32,000 nucleotides of DNA from Alkalilimnicola ehrlichii MLHE-1 (lineage in GTDB: Bacteria > Pseudomonadota > Gammaproteobacteria > Nitrococcales > Halorhodospiraceae): NCBI RefSeq assembly GCF_000014785.1, contig NC_008340.1, forward strand, positions 1,920,001 to 1,952,000. The letters run 5' to 3'. Each line of letters opens with the position of its first letter. Within the stretch, counting starts at the first letter, position 1. The position numbers and the translations under genes are program-made. The notes under the pieces are model-generated. The model was not told where the DNA came from. It saw only the letters and a program-made list of their open reading frames with translations, and did no database searches. Positions 10,488 through 19,650 of the stretch are shown in pieces.

Positions 10488-11163
10488 ACAGACAATCACC
10501 CATCGCGTGGGGATTGGCGGAACGGTCCATGAAGGGGCGCTGCAGCAGATAACCGCCGTAGAGCCGGACCTCCGCCCAGAGAAAGTTACGTTTGGCCTCC
10601 AGCCCCCGAAAGCGGCTGGTGGGCGTGGGCGCCGGGTGGGCGTCCAGGCCCAGATCGCGCGCCATGGCCACCGCCCGGCGCAGGTGCAGCGGGTCGCTCA
10701 CCACCAGCACCCGCCCGAGGTCGTGTTCGGCAACCACGGCGGCCGCCCCGCGCAGATTGTTCCAGGTATCGGCCGAGGCCACCTCGCAATAGGCATCCTC
10801 CGCCGCCAGGCCCCGGGCCAGCGCGTACCGGGCCGCGGCCACCGACTCGGCCAGCGGCTCGCCCGGGGCCTGGCCACCGGTGAAGATCAGCAGGTCCACC
10901 TGGCCCGCCTCATACAGGCTGAGGGCGTGGTGAATCCGTTCGCGCAGCACCGGCGAAGGGCGGCCGTTCCAGGCCGCTGCCCCGAGAATGACGGCGGCGT
11001 CGGCGGCGGTGTCGTCCTCGCGCTGGCCGAACAGCCAGATGTCCGCCGCCAGCGCCACCAGCACGGCTAACGGCAGCAGCACCAGGAGCATTGCACCCCA
11101 GAGCCCGCGTATCAGGCTACGCCCCGGCACCCGCCATCCATCCGTTGCCTCACCCCTGGACAC
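10477..11163 (-). CDS. YdcF/SanA-like DUF218 membrane protein
   Basis: N-terminal TM, then DAAVILGAAAWNGRPSPVLRERIHHALSLYEAGQVDLLIFTGG...ESVAAARYALARGL...ASADTWNNLRGAAAVV...VLVVSDPLHLRRAVAMARDLGLDAHPAPTPTSRF, the DUF218 signature. Confidence 0.88.
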   Translation of the reverse strand: MSRGEATDGWRVPGRSLIRGLWGAMLLVLLPLAVLVALAADIWLFGQREDDTAADAAVILGAAAWNGRPSPVLRERIHHALSLYEAGQVDLLIFTGGQAPGEPLAESVAAARYALARGLAAEDAYCEVASADTWNNLRGAAAVVAEHDLGRVLVVSDPLHLRRAVAMARDLGLDAHPAPTPTSRFRGLEAKRNFLWAEVRLYGGYLLQRPFMDRSANPHAMGDCLSGE

Positions 11164-11270
11164 CCCATTATCTCATTACCCCTCCGGGCACCCGCTGCCA
11201 ATACCGTCCCCAGATTACCGCGCCACGCGCCCGGTCGCCATGGGCGCGGACCGCCGCTCCGGGGCGCAGC

Positions 11271-12713
11271 TCACTGAGCAAAGGCCCAACGGAGCACCGC
11301 CTCCTGAATCCCGCGTCCCGCACCGCGGTGGGCATCCGGGTGGTTAACCAGTACCACGGCCACCAACGGCTCCGCCCCCGGCGGGTGGAGGTAACCGGCA
11401 ATGGCCGCCACGTCGTTCAGGTGGCCGGTCTTCAAGTGCATCCGCCCGCGCTCCGGACCGTCCTGGAAACGGCGCCCCATGGTGCCGTCGGTGCCGGCGA
11501 TGGCCAGCGAGGAGACGAACTCCGCCATCCACGGCCGCTCCCGCGCCACCGTCAGCAACTGCGCCACCTGGCGCGCCGTGATGCGGGTGTCACGGGACAG
11601 GCCCGCGCCATTGTCAAAGACTATGCCCGCGGTATCGATGCCGTGGGCGTGCAGCACGTCCAGTACCGACCGGCGGCCCTTTTCCGAGGTCGCCGGCGCA
11701 CCGTAATGCTCCGCCCCCAGGGTCAGTTTCAGATGCCGGGTCATCACATTGTTGCTGTACTTGTTCACCAGCCGCAGCAACTGCCCCAACGGCGGCGACT
11801 CGTGCACCACCACCGGCTCGGCGCCGGGGGCGGGCCCCCGGCCCTCGCGCCAGCCCCCGGCAAAGATCCCGCCCCATTGCCCCCAAAGCAGGGTAAACAA
11901 CTGGTGGACATAGTCCTCCACCGGCAGCACGGTGCGGACCAGGCGCCACTCATCACAATGGCTGGGGTACCGCCCCTCCAGCAGCACCCCGGGCAGGCTG
12001 CCGCCGGGCTGCTCGACCACCTGGAAGGCGATCCCGCGCTGGAACCCGCCGCAGCCGCTCTGGCGCAGGCCCAGTCGGTTGTCCAGGGTCAGCCCCGGCA
12101 GCGGGGGGTCGGCCACCACGCGCGGGGCGCCGCCGGTGGTAGGCTTAATCTCGAAACTGATGGCGTTGAAGTTCACCAGCAGCGGGTGCGGCGGTTGGTT
12201 GTAGGCCCGGTGTGGCCGCCCGTCAAAGGCCCCCGGGTCCTCGGGATAGAGGTTGAAATAGCTCAGGTCATAGACCAGATCGCCGGTGATCTCCCGCACC
12301 CCCTGGCGCCGCAGGGCCCCGGTGAGCTTCCAGAACTCCTCGGTCACCAGGAAGGGGTCGCCCCCGCCGCGGATCAGCAGATCCCCCTCCAGGACCCCGT
12401 CCCGGACAGGACCCAGGGCGTACAGCTCGGTCCGCCAGCGGTAATCCGGCCCCAGGCCCTCCAGGGCCGCAAAGCTGGTCACCAGCTTGAGCACGGAGGC
12501 CGGATTGCGCGCGGTATCGACCTGGTGGGCCAGCAAGGGCTCCGGCTCGCCCACACGCTGCACCCAGATACTCACCTGTTCCCGGTCCACGCCCAGGCGG
12601 TCGACCGCCTGGGCCAGCGCGTCGGGCAGCCCCGCCGCCACGCCACTCCCCGGCACCAGCAACAGCCAGAGGCCGCACAGCCAAAGCCCGCACAGGACGC
12701 GTTGTCTCACCAT
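11271..12713 (-). CDS. dacB: D-alanyl-D-alanine carboxypeptidase/endopeptidase (PBP4, peptidase S13)
   Basis: NPASVLKLVTSFAALEGLGPDYRWRTELY (SxxK), YSNNVMTRHLKLTLG (SxN-like), KTGHLNDVAAIAGYLHPPG (KTG). Confidence 0.92.
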   Translation of the reverse strand: MVRQRVLCGLWLCGLWLLLVPGSGVAAGLPDALAQAVDRLGVDREQVSIWVQRVGEPEPLLAHQVDTARNPASVLKLVTSFAALEGLGPDYRWRTELYALGPVRDGVLEGDLLIRGGGDPFLVTEEFWKLTGALRRQGVREITGDLVYDLSYFNLYPEDPGAFDGRPHRAYNQPPHPLLVNFNAISFEIKPTTGGAPRVVADPPLPGLTLDNRLGLRQSGCGGFQRGIAFQVVEQPGGSLPGVLLEGRYPSHCDEWRLVRTVLPVEDYVHQLFTLLWGQWGGIFAGGWREGRGPAPGAEPVVVHESPPLGQLLRLVNKYSNNVMTRHLKLTLGAEHYGAPATSEKGRRSVLDVLHAHGIDTAGIVFDNGAGLSRDTRITARQVAQLLTVARERPWMAEFVSSLAIAGTDGTMGRRFQDGPERGRMHLKTGHLNDVAAIAGYLHPPGAEPLVAVVLVNHPDAHRGAGRGIQEAVLRWAFAQ

Positions 12714-12779
12714 GACCTGTCACCGCCCGTTGTGTTACGCGATTGTTCCCGTTGCCCGGAATTCTAGTCGGTTTCCAGG

Positions 12780-12785
12780 TATAAT
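12780..12785 (+). promoter_or_regulatory. Candidate -10 box upstream of the helicase gene
   Basis: Exact TATAAT 41 bp before the ATG at 12826, in an otherwise GC-rich intergenic region. No convincing -35 at 17 bp spacing. Confidence 0.35.
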
Positions 12786-12825
12786 CCGCGGCCCTGCGCT
12801 CACCCCAGACCCGACGGACTCTACC

Positions 12826-14877
12826 ATGCTGGATCAGGATCAGGCCCGGGTGGTGGCCCACGAGGACGGACCGGCGGCGGTACTGGCCGGTGCCGGCTCC
12901 GGCAAGACCCGCTGCACCACTGAGCGTGCGGCCCGCCGGCTCACCGAGCGCGGCCTGCCCGGGTCGGCCATGGTGCTGCTGACCTTCACCAATAAGGCCG
13001 CCGGCGAGATGCGTGAGCGGCTGGCCGCACGCCTACCCAAAGGGGTGGACCTGCCCTGGATCGGGACGTTCCACAGCTTTGGCAGCCGGTTGCTCCGTGA
13101 GCACGGCCAGCGCATCGGGGTGCCTGGAAACGCCACCCTGATGGACGCCGAGGACAGCCGGCGGATGCTCGACGCCCTGCTGGCCGGCCCCTTCCCCGAC
13201 CGCACCCGTCGCCAACGCGCGATGGAGGCCCAAGACGCCCTGGCCGCCGCCGGCCTGGACCCCACCGAACCTGACCACCTGGCGCCCATGCGCGATGCCC
13301 TGGAGGCCATGGGCTTCGGCCCGGGCGCCACCGCCCGACTGGTACAGCGCCTGCGCCGTTACGATGCCGAGAAGCGCCGGGCGGCGATCATGGATTTCGC
13401 GGACCTGATCCTGCTGCCGTCCCGGCTGCTGCGCCAGGCCCCGGACCTGCGCGCTCGGCTGCGCGAGCAGCTGCGCGACATCACCGTGGACGAGGCCCAG
13501 GACACCGACGGCGCCCAGTTCCACCTGCTCTCCCTGTTGATCCCCGAGAACCGCACCGTGGTGCTGGTGGGCGACGACGATCAGGCCATCTACGAGTGGC
13601 GCCATGCCCGTCCGGCGAACCTGCGCCGCTTCATCGAGGAACAGCAGGCCCGGGTCTACCGGCTGGAGCGCAACTACCGCTCCACTCCGCCCATCGTCGA
13701 CGGCGCGGTAAGCCTGGTCCGCCACAATCGCCAGCGTCTCGAGAAACGCCCCTGGGCCGTCAGGGGCCCGGAGCAAGCCGCGCCGGTCACCCTGGTCCGC
13801 CACACCCGGGCCGAAGAGATGGCCGAGGCGGTGGTGCAGGATATCCGCTCCCGTCTGCGCGCCGGGCTCAGTGCCGACGAGGTGGCCGTGCTCTACCGCA
13901 AGAACCGGCTGGCACGGCCGCTGGAGGGGGCACTGCTGCGCCACGGCATTCCCTACCGGGTCAAGGCCGGCATGGACCTGCTGGGGCACGCCGACGTGCG
14001 CATGATGCTCGCCGCCGGTCGGCTGGCCGCCAACCGCCGGGATGTCCGCGCCCTGTCCCGGCTGGCGGACCTGATCCCGGGGCTGGGGGCACGGGGGGTC
14101 AGCCGGCTGATCAGCAGCGCCGGCGACCCGCTCACCGCCGCCGGGCAACTGCCACCCCAGGCGGCCCAGGCCGTGGAGCGACTGCGCCAGGCCCTGGACA
14201 ATCTCTTCCGGCTCGGCCCGCAGGCCCTGAGCCAGTGGTGCCTGCAGACCCCTGTGTTCGCCGAGTGGTTGAACCACCGCGCCCGGGCGGCGCTCAAACG
14301 GGACGGTTCCCGCGCCGCCCCGGAGGCCCTGGATCGCGCCCTGAAGCCGGCCCGCGCCCGGCTGGGCGCCGTGCAGCGGGCCATCAACCGCCGCCTCGCC
14401 GCCCTGGACCGGGAGTCGGCGCCGGCGCAGCGCTGGACGAACGCCCTCGAGATCGCCGCCAGCGCCAGCGATGACAGCAGCGGCGAGGATGCCTGCGTCA
14501 CCCTCTGTTCGGTACACGGGGCCAAGGGGCTGGAGTGGCCGGAGGTGCACGTTTTTGGCTTTACCGAGGGCCTGATGCCGCTGGCCCGCGACGGCCGGGT
14601 GGACAACCTGGAGGAGGAGCGGCGGCTGGCCTACGTAGCCATCACCCGTGGCCAGGACCGCGTGGTCCTGCACCATGCCGACCGCATCGACCGCGGCGAC
14701 GGCCAGGGCGTCGGCGCCGCGGCACTCTCGCCCTTCCTGGAGGAGCTGCAGACCGGCCCGGAGGTGGCGGTGATCGACAACCGCGCCGCCGTCCGCGAGG
14801 CCAGTGAAGTGCTGGGTGGCGAGCCGCCGACCAGTCCCGAGGACTGGCTGGCCGCCATGCGGCGGCAGGTGCGCTAA
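12826..14877 (+). CDS. Rep/UvrD/PcrA-type ATP-dependent DNA helicase (SF1A)
   Basis: LDQDQARVVAHEDGPAAVLAGAGSGKT, TFTNKAAGEMRERL, ITVDEAQDTDGAQFHLL, LVGDDDQAIYEWRHA, LERNYRS, TLCSVHGAKGLEWPEVHVFGFTEGLMP, EERRLAYVAITRGQD. Confidence 0.93.
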   Translation: MLDQDQARVVAHEDGPAAVLAGAGSGKTRCTTERAARRLTERGLPGSAMVLLTFTNKAAGEMRERLAARLPKGVDLPWIGTFHSFGSRLLREHGQRIGVPGNATLMDAEDSRRMLDALLAGPFPDRTRRQRAMEAQDALAAAGLDPTEPDHLAPMRDALEAMGFGPGATARLVQRLRRYDAEKRRAAIMDFADLILLPSRLLRQAPDLRARLREQLRDITVDEAQDTDGAQFHLLSLLIPENRTVVLVGDDDQAIYEWRHARPANLRRFIEEQQARVYRLERNYRSTPPIVDGAVSLVRHNRQRLEKRPWAVRGPEQAAPVTLVRHTRAEEMAEAVVQDIRSRLRAGLSADEVAVLYRKNRLARPLEGALLRHGIPYRVKAGMDLLGHADVRMMLAAGRLAANRRDVRALSRLADLIPGLGARGVSRLISSAGDPLTAAGQLPPQAAQAVERLRQALDNLFRLGPQALSQWCLQTPVFAEWLNHRARAALKRDGSRAAPEALDRALKPARARLGAVQRAINRRLAALDRESAPAQRWTNALEIAASASDDSSGEDACVTLCSVHGAKGLEWPEVHVFGFTEGLMPLARDGRVDNLEEERRLAYVAITRGQDRVVLHHADRIDRGDGQGVGAAALSPFLEELQTGPEVAVIDNRAAVREASEVLGGEPPTSPEDWLAAMRRQVR

Positions 14878-14890
14878 GCCGGCAGCGGGG

Positions 14891-15961
14891 TCAGTGGCCG
14901 CGGGCCCGGTCGCTCATCATGATCGCCAGCCAGCGGGTCCCGGGCTGCGCCTCCAGCGCCAGCTTGGCGATCATGGTCAGGGGAATGGACAGCAGCATCC
15001 CCACCGGCCCCAACACCCAGCCCCAGGCCATCAGTGAGACCAGCACCACCAGCGGCGACAAGCCCAGGGTATGGCCCATGAAGCGCGGCTCCAGCACGCT
15101 ACCGATGACCACATTGACGGCCACGTAGAGGGCCAGGGCCAGCAGCCCCTCCATCACCCCCAGACCCAGGAACGCGATCAGGACTGCCGGGATGGCGGCG
15201 AGAATCGATCCGACCGTCGGGATGAAGTTGAGCAGGCCGGCAAGGATCCCCCAGAGCACCGGGAAATCCACCCCGATCAGCGCCAACCCCACCCCGACCA
15301 GTAGGCCGGTGGCCAGGCTGGTCGCACTCTTGATGAAGAGATAGCGATAGACCGAGCGCAGGAACCGGCGCGCCCGCACCCCGCCTCGGCGGGAGCGGGG
15401 GAAGGCCGCCCGCAGCTTCCCGGGCAGGTGGGTCTCCTCAAGCAGGAGGAACATGAAGGCCAACAGCACCAGGAAGGTGGTCGCGGTGAACTGGCCCACG
15501 CCCCCCGCCACCGCCCGCGCCAGCCCGGTCAGGTCGGCCAGCGCCGGCAGCGGCGGCCGATCCGGCAACAATTCGGCCGGGACCCCGCGCCCCGCCAACC
15601 AGGCCATGGTCTCATCGAACAGGCCGAACAGGCGCGCCTGGTAGTGCGGCGCCTGGTGCGCCATGCTCTCCACCGCCCCCTGAAGGGCCAGAAAGAGCAG
15701 GAAGAAGGCCAGCCCGACGGCAACAAACAGCGCCAACACGGCCACCGACCCCGGGACCCCGCGCCGCCGCATCCAGGTCAGCGGCGGCGCGCAGATGATG
15801 GCCAGGAAGGCCGCCAGCAACAACGGGGTCACCACCCCGGCGGCGGCCTTCAGCCCGGCCAGCAAAACCACCAGCGCTGCGCCCCCCAGCAGCCAGTGCC
15901 AGGTGGACAGCGTCTGATCCGGCGCCGCCAACGGCGGGAGCGCCTCGTTCTCAGTGTTCAT
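14891..15961 (-). CDS. AI-2E / PerM-family transporter
   Basis: Polytopic protein with the typical C-terminal part GVGLALIGVDFPVLWGILAGLLNFIPTVGSILAAIPAVLIAFL...NVVIGSVLEPRFMGHTLGLSPLVVLVSLMAWGWVLGPVGMLLSIPLTMIAKL. Start chosen at MNTENEAL (15961); the ORF extends to 16000. Confidence 0.9.
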   Translation of the reverse strand: MNTENEALPPLAAPDQTLSTWHWLLGGAALVVLLAGLKAAAGVVTPLLLAAFLAIICAPPLTWMRRRGVPGSVAVLALFVAVGLAFFLLFLALQGAVESMAHQAPHYQARLFGLFDETMAWLAGRGVPAELLPDRPPLPALADLTGLARAVAGGVGQFTATTFLVLLAFMFLLLEETHLPGKLRAAFPRSRRGGVRARRFLRSVYRYLFIKSATSLATGLLVGVGLALIGVDFPVLWGILAGLLNFIPTVGSILAAIPAVLIAFLGLGVMEGLLALALYVAVNVVIGSVLEPRFMGHTLGLSPLVVLVSLMAWGWVLGPVGMLLSIPLTMIAKLALEAQPGTRWLAIMMSDRARGH

Positions 15962-18026
15962 CCCGGGTGGCATCCAATTGCTCCAACAGCTCCCCTTCAT
16001 CCGCCATCCGCGGCTCGCTCAACAGCCAAACCCGAAAGCGGCTGCCCTCCCCCTCCTGCGACTCCACGGTGATCTGCCCGCCGTAGCGGCGGATCAGCCC
16101 GTAGCTGATGGACAGCCCCAGTCCGGTGCCCTCCCCCTCCACCCGCGTGCTGTAGAAGGGATTGAAGATATGATCCAGGGCCTGCTCAGGGATGCCCACC
16201 CCGTTGTCGCTCACGCTGATCACCACACCACGGTCATCCCAGTCGGTTGTCGCCACCCGCACCCGGCCGCTGCGGTCCGCAACCGCGTGCAGGGCGTTGA
16301 GCAGCAGGTTGACCAGCACCTGCTGCAGTTCGCGGGGGCTGATGCGTACCGTGCGGCAGGCGCCCAGCCAGGTCTCCACCGCCACCTCGCGCCGGCGGGA
16401 CAGATGCCCGATCAGATCCACCGACTGCTGCACCACGGTATTGACATCGGTCTCGCTGACAATCCCCACATAGTCCCCCGGCCGGGAGTACTGCAGCAGG
16501 TTGTCCACGATATCGCGAATCCGGTAAACCTGCTCGATGATCAGGTCCACTTCGCGCCGCACCGGCTGGACACCCTCCCCGAGTTCCTGGATAAGCACAT
16601 CCATATTGCCCAGGATCACCGCCGTCGGATTGTTGATCTCGTGCGCAACACCCGCGGTCAATTCGCCCAGGGCGGCCAGCTTTTCCGCCACCACCAACTG
16701 CTGGCGGGTCCGGCGCAGCAGCCGGATGGTGCGCTCCAGTTCCTCGTTACGGGCGCTGAGTTCGGCGGTGCGCTCCTGCACCTTCTCCTCCAGCCGATCC
16801 GCCGCCTCTTGGATCTGCTGGTTACGGGCCTGCAGCAGGTCCAGCATGCCATCGAACTCCCGGGCCAACACCCCCAGTTCGTCCCGGCTGCGGATCGGCC
16901 CCACGCGCAGGGCCTGTCCCGCCCCCGTGGCCCGGACCACGCGGGTGATCCGCTCAATGGGGCTGAAGATCGACTGCGCGCCGCTGATGGCGATACCGGT
17001 CCCGAGCACGATCAGGACCAGGAACAGCATACCCAGCGCCTGCAGGCCGTGGGTGATCTCGCTGCGAAAGGGCGCCTCGAGGAAGCCGGCGTAGAGCATC
17101 CCCACCCGTTCGCCGTGGACATCCACCACCGGCTGGTAGCTGGACATGTACCAGTCATTGACCACGAAGGCGCGGCCGATCCACACCTCCCCCTCGCGCA
17201 GGACCCTGTCCCCCACCTCCCGCGAGATGCGCGTACCCAGCGCCCGCTCACCGGGCGCGATGGGCACGTTGGTGCTGATCCGGACATCGTCCAGGAACAG
17301 GGTCACCGTGCCCGGGCGGCCATCGGGCAGGCTGCCTTCGGGATAGGCCACATCCCGGATCGCGTCCACGAAATCGAAGTTGCCGTTCAGTAACAGCCCA
17401 CCGTCGAGCAGCGCCAGGACCGCACCGTCCGGACCGCGCACCGGATAGGCCGCACGCAGGAACATGGCCCGGTTCTCGACCTCGCGATCGGTGGGCTCGG
17501 CTCGCGCGGTCTCCAGGATCGGCAACCGCAGCCGCTCGGCCAGGGCTTCCGAGTGGGCGCGCAGCCGCTCCGGGCCGTAAATCTCGATCTCGCTGACCGG
17601 CGAATCGCGTAGCGCCGCCCGCAGGATCGGATGGACGGAACGCTCCGCGGGAGCGGGCAGGGCCTGCGGGTGGAGTGCGCGCCCATCCGGGCCGCGCAGA
17701 TTGAGGAAGGTGAACCCGAAACGCGCCTTCCAGTCGCTCATCGCCTCTTCCAGCGCCCCGGTATCACCGGACTCAAGCGCCAGGCGGAACCCATGCGATT
17801 CACCGAGCCGCGCGAGCCGGTCCAGCTGATCGTCGGCCAGTCGCTGGAAGGCGTCATTGGCCACACTCAGGTCGGTGCTGACCTTCATGGTCAACTGATC
17901 GTCGCTGATCTTCTGTACCCAGTAGCCCACCAGGAAGAGTGTGGCGGGCATCAGCAACAGAACCGGGAACAACACCAGGAACAACAGCTTGTACCGGACC
18001 GACAGGGCGGGCAGTCGCCAGCGCAT
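15951..18026 (-). CDS. Membrane sensor histidine kinase (periplasmic Cache-like domain, HAMP, HisKA, HATPase_c)
   Basis: N-terminal TM, large extracytoplasmic domain, HAMP-like FSPIERITRVVRATGAGQ, coiled coil, LTAGVAHEINNPTAVILGNMDVL (H box), NLLLNALHAV (N box), ISVSDNGVGIPEQALDHIFNPFYSTRVEGEGTGLGLSISYGLI (G boxes). Start at MRWRLPAL (18026); the ORF extends to 18068. Confidence 0.92.
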   Translation of the reverse strand: MRWRLPALSVRYKLLFLVLFPVLLLMPATLFLVGYWVQKISDDQLTMKVSTDLSVANDAFQRLADDQLDRLARLGESHGFRLALESGDTGALEEAMSDWKARFGFTFLNLRGPDGRALHPQALPAPAERSVHPILRAALRDSPVSEIEIYGPERLRAHSEALAERLRLPILETARAEPTDREVENRAMFLRAAYPVRGPDGAVLALLDGGLLLNGNFDFVDAIRDVAYPEGSLPDGRPGTVTLFLDDVRISTNVPIAPGERALGTRISREVGDRVLREGEVWIGRAFVVNDWYMSSYQPVVDVHGERVGMLYAGFLEAPFRSEITHGLQALGMLFLVLIVLGTGIAISGAQSIFSPIERITRVVRATGAGQALRVGPIRSRDELGVLAREFDGMLDLLQARNQQIQEAADRLEEKVQERTAELSARNEELERTIRLLRRTRQQLVVAEKLAALGELTAGVAHEINNPTAVILGNMDVLIQELGEGVQPVRREVDLIIEQVYRIRDIVDNLLQYSRPGDYVGIVSETDVNTVVQQSVDLIGHLSRRREVAVETWLGACRTVRISPRELQQVLVNLLLNALHAVADRSGRVRVATTDWDDRGVVISVSDNGVGIPEQALDHIFNPFYSTRVEGEGTGLGLSISYGLIRRYGGQITVESQEGEGSRFRVWLLSEPRMADEGELLEQLDATRDEH

Positions 18027-18043
18027 ACGTTGGCCGCCGAGAA

Positions 18044-19489
18044 TTAAAGGCGGCCCTCCTCCTGCCAACGGGCGAGTTTGCGGTCCAGCGTCTTGCGGGC
18101 CACTCCCAACCGGCGCGCGGCCTCCGACTTGTTACCGTCACAGGCATCCAGCACCCGCAGGATATGCACCCGCTCCACCTCATCCAGCGGCGTCCAGGCG
18201 TTCCCCGCTGGGGCATCCGGCAATTCCGGCCCGCGCTCGGCACTGTCGGGCACCGGGATGGCGGCACCACTGATGCAGTCTGCCGCCGGGCAGCCCAATA
18301 ACAGGGCGCGCTCAATGACATTGCGCAACTCGCGGACGTTGCCGGGCCAGGGATAGCGGTGCAACGCCCTTAGGTCATCGCGACCGAGGGCTATCGGGGG
18401 CACACCCAGCTCGGTCGCCAGGGTCTGGACCAGGTGCTCGGCCAGCGGTTGAATGTCCTCCGGACGTTCCCGCAGCGGTGGCAATTCGACGCTGACCACG
18501 TCCAGCCGGTAGTAGAGGTCCTTGCGAAACCGCCCTTCCTGGACATCCTCGGCGAGCTCCCGGTTACTGGCGGCCACCACCCGGACATCCACCGGCACCT
18601 CCCGGTCACTGCCCACCGGTCGCACCCGGTGATCCTCCAGCACGCGCAGCAGTTTGGCCTGCATGGCCAACGGCATCTCGCTGATCTCGTCGAGGAACAG
18701 GGTGCCGCCCCGGGCGTGGGAGAAGAGCCCCTCCCGGGCCTCCTGGGCCCCCGTGAACGCGCCTTTGCCATGGCCGAAGAGCTCGCTCTCCATAAGCTCC
18801 GGAGCGATGGCGCCACAGTTCACCGGCACGAAAGGGCCCTCGCGGTCGCTCCAGCGGTGCAGCGCACGGGCCGCCAACTCCTTGCCGGTGCCGGACTCGC
18901 CGCGGATCAACACCGTACTCGGTGCCACGGCCAGGCGGCGGAGCAGCTTGCAGACCTGCTGCATGACCTGGCTCTCGCCCACCAGCCCCATCTCCGGGCG
19001 GGTGGCCGCCAACTGCCGGTGCAGTAGGAAATTCTCCCGCTGCATGCTGCGCCGCTCGAAGCAGCGGTCGATGGCGGTATAGAGCTGATCCATCCGGAAG
19101 GGCTTGAGGATGAAGTCACTGGCACCGGCCCGCAGCGCGGCAATGGCGGTCTCCAGATCGGCATAGGCGGTAATGAAGATGACGTCGGTGGGGTCCCCTT
19201 GGGCCCGGACGGCCTCCACCCAATCGACCCCACTCACTCCGGGCAACCGGATGTCGGAGATGATCAGGTCGTAATGACCCTCCTCCCGCGCCGCCTCCGC
19301 CTCCTTGACATTGGCCGCCACCCGGACGTGGCGAAAATGACGCACCAGCGCCCGTTCCAGGAAGTTGCGCACCCCGGGCTCATCGTCGATAACCAGCACA
19401 GAGGCACTGGCCGGAATCCGCCGCGGTCCACTCAGATCGGGACGCTCCTGGTAATCGGCTATGCCGAGGTTGGTTCCCTGTTCAGACAT
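18044..19489 (-). CDS. NtrC-family sigma54-dependent response regulator
   Basis: Receiver VLVIDDEPGVRNFLERAL...YDLIISDIRLPGVSG...ILKPFRMDQL, AAA+ domain with GESGTGKE and ELFGHGKGAFTGA, Fis-type HTH GNKSEAARRLGVARKTLDRKL. Confidence 0.95.
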   Translation of the reverse strand: MSEQGTNLGIADYQERPDLSGPRRIPASASVLVIDDEPGVRNFLERALVRHFRHVRVAANVKEAEAAREEGHYDLIISDIRLPGVSGVDWVEAVRAQGDPTDVIFITAYADLETAIAALRAGASDFILKPFRMDQLYTAIDRCFERRSMQRENFLLHRQLAATRPEMGLVGESQVMQQVCKLLRRLAVAPSTVLIRGESGTGKELAARALHRWSDREGPFVPVNCGAIAPELMESELFGHGKGAFTGAQEAREGLFSHARGGTLFLDEISEMPLAMQAKLLRVLEDHRVRPVGSDREVPVDVRVVAASNRELAEDVQEGRFRKDLYYRLDVVSVELPPLRERPEDIQPLAEHLVQTLATELGVPPIALGRDDLRALHRYPWPGNVRELRNVIERALLLGCPAADCISGAAIPVPDSAERGPELPDAPAGNAWTPLDEVERVHILRVLDACDGNKSEAARRLGVARKTLDRKLARWQEEGRL

Positions 19490-19609
19490 TCACCACCTTG
19501 CGTTGTCATCGCGCCGAACCCGGTTGGTCCGAATATTATACCGTGCCGCAGTCAGGAATGTGTGCCCCCAGCCCCGGGCAACAGCGAAGAGGGTTTGCAA
19601 GCCCTTATG

Positions 19610-19626
19610 CTATTATTTAATAATAG
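19610..19626. repeat. AT-rich perfect inverted repeat upstream of cysB
   Basis: CTATTAT-TTA-ATAATAG, 7-bp arms with a 3-nt spacer, in the divergent intergenic region 19490-19650. Confidence 0.6.
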
Positions 19627-19650
19627 ACCTACGCTTTAGTGGGTGCCGGT

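Noticed and set aside
13033-14676. 547-aa minus-strand ORF opposite the helicase gene
   Set aside because: No domain signature; the plus-strand frame has all SF1A helicase motifs.
15954-17393. 479-aa plus-strand ORF opposite the histidine kinase
   Set aside because: Shadow ORF; the opposite strand has clear H, N and G boxes.
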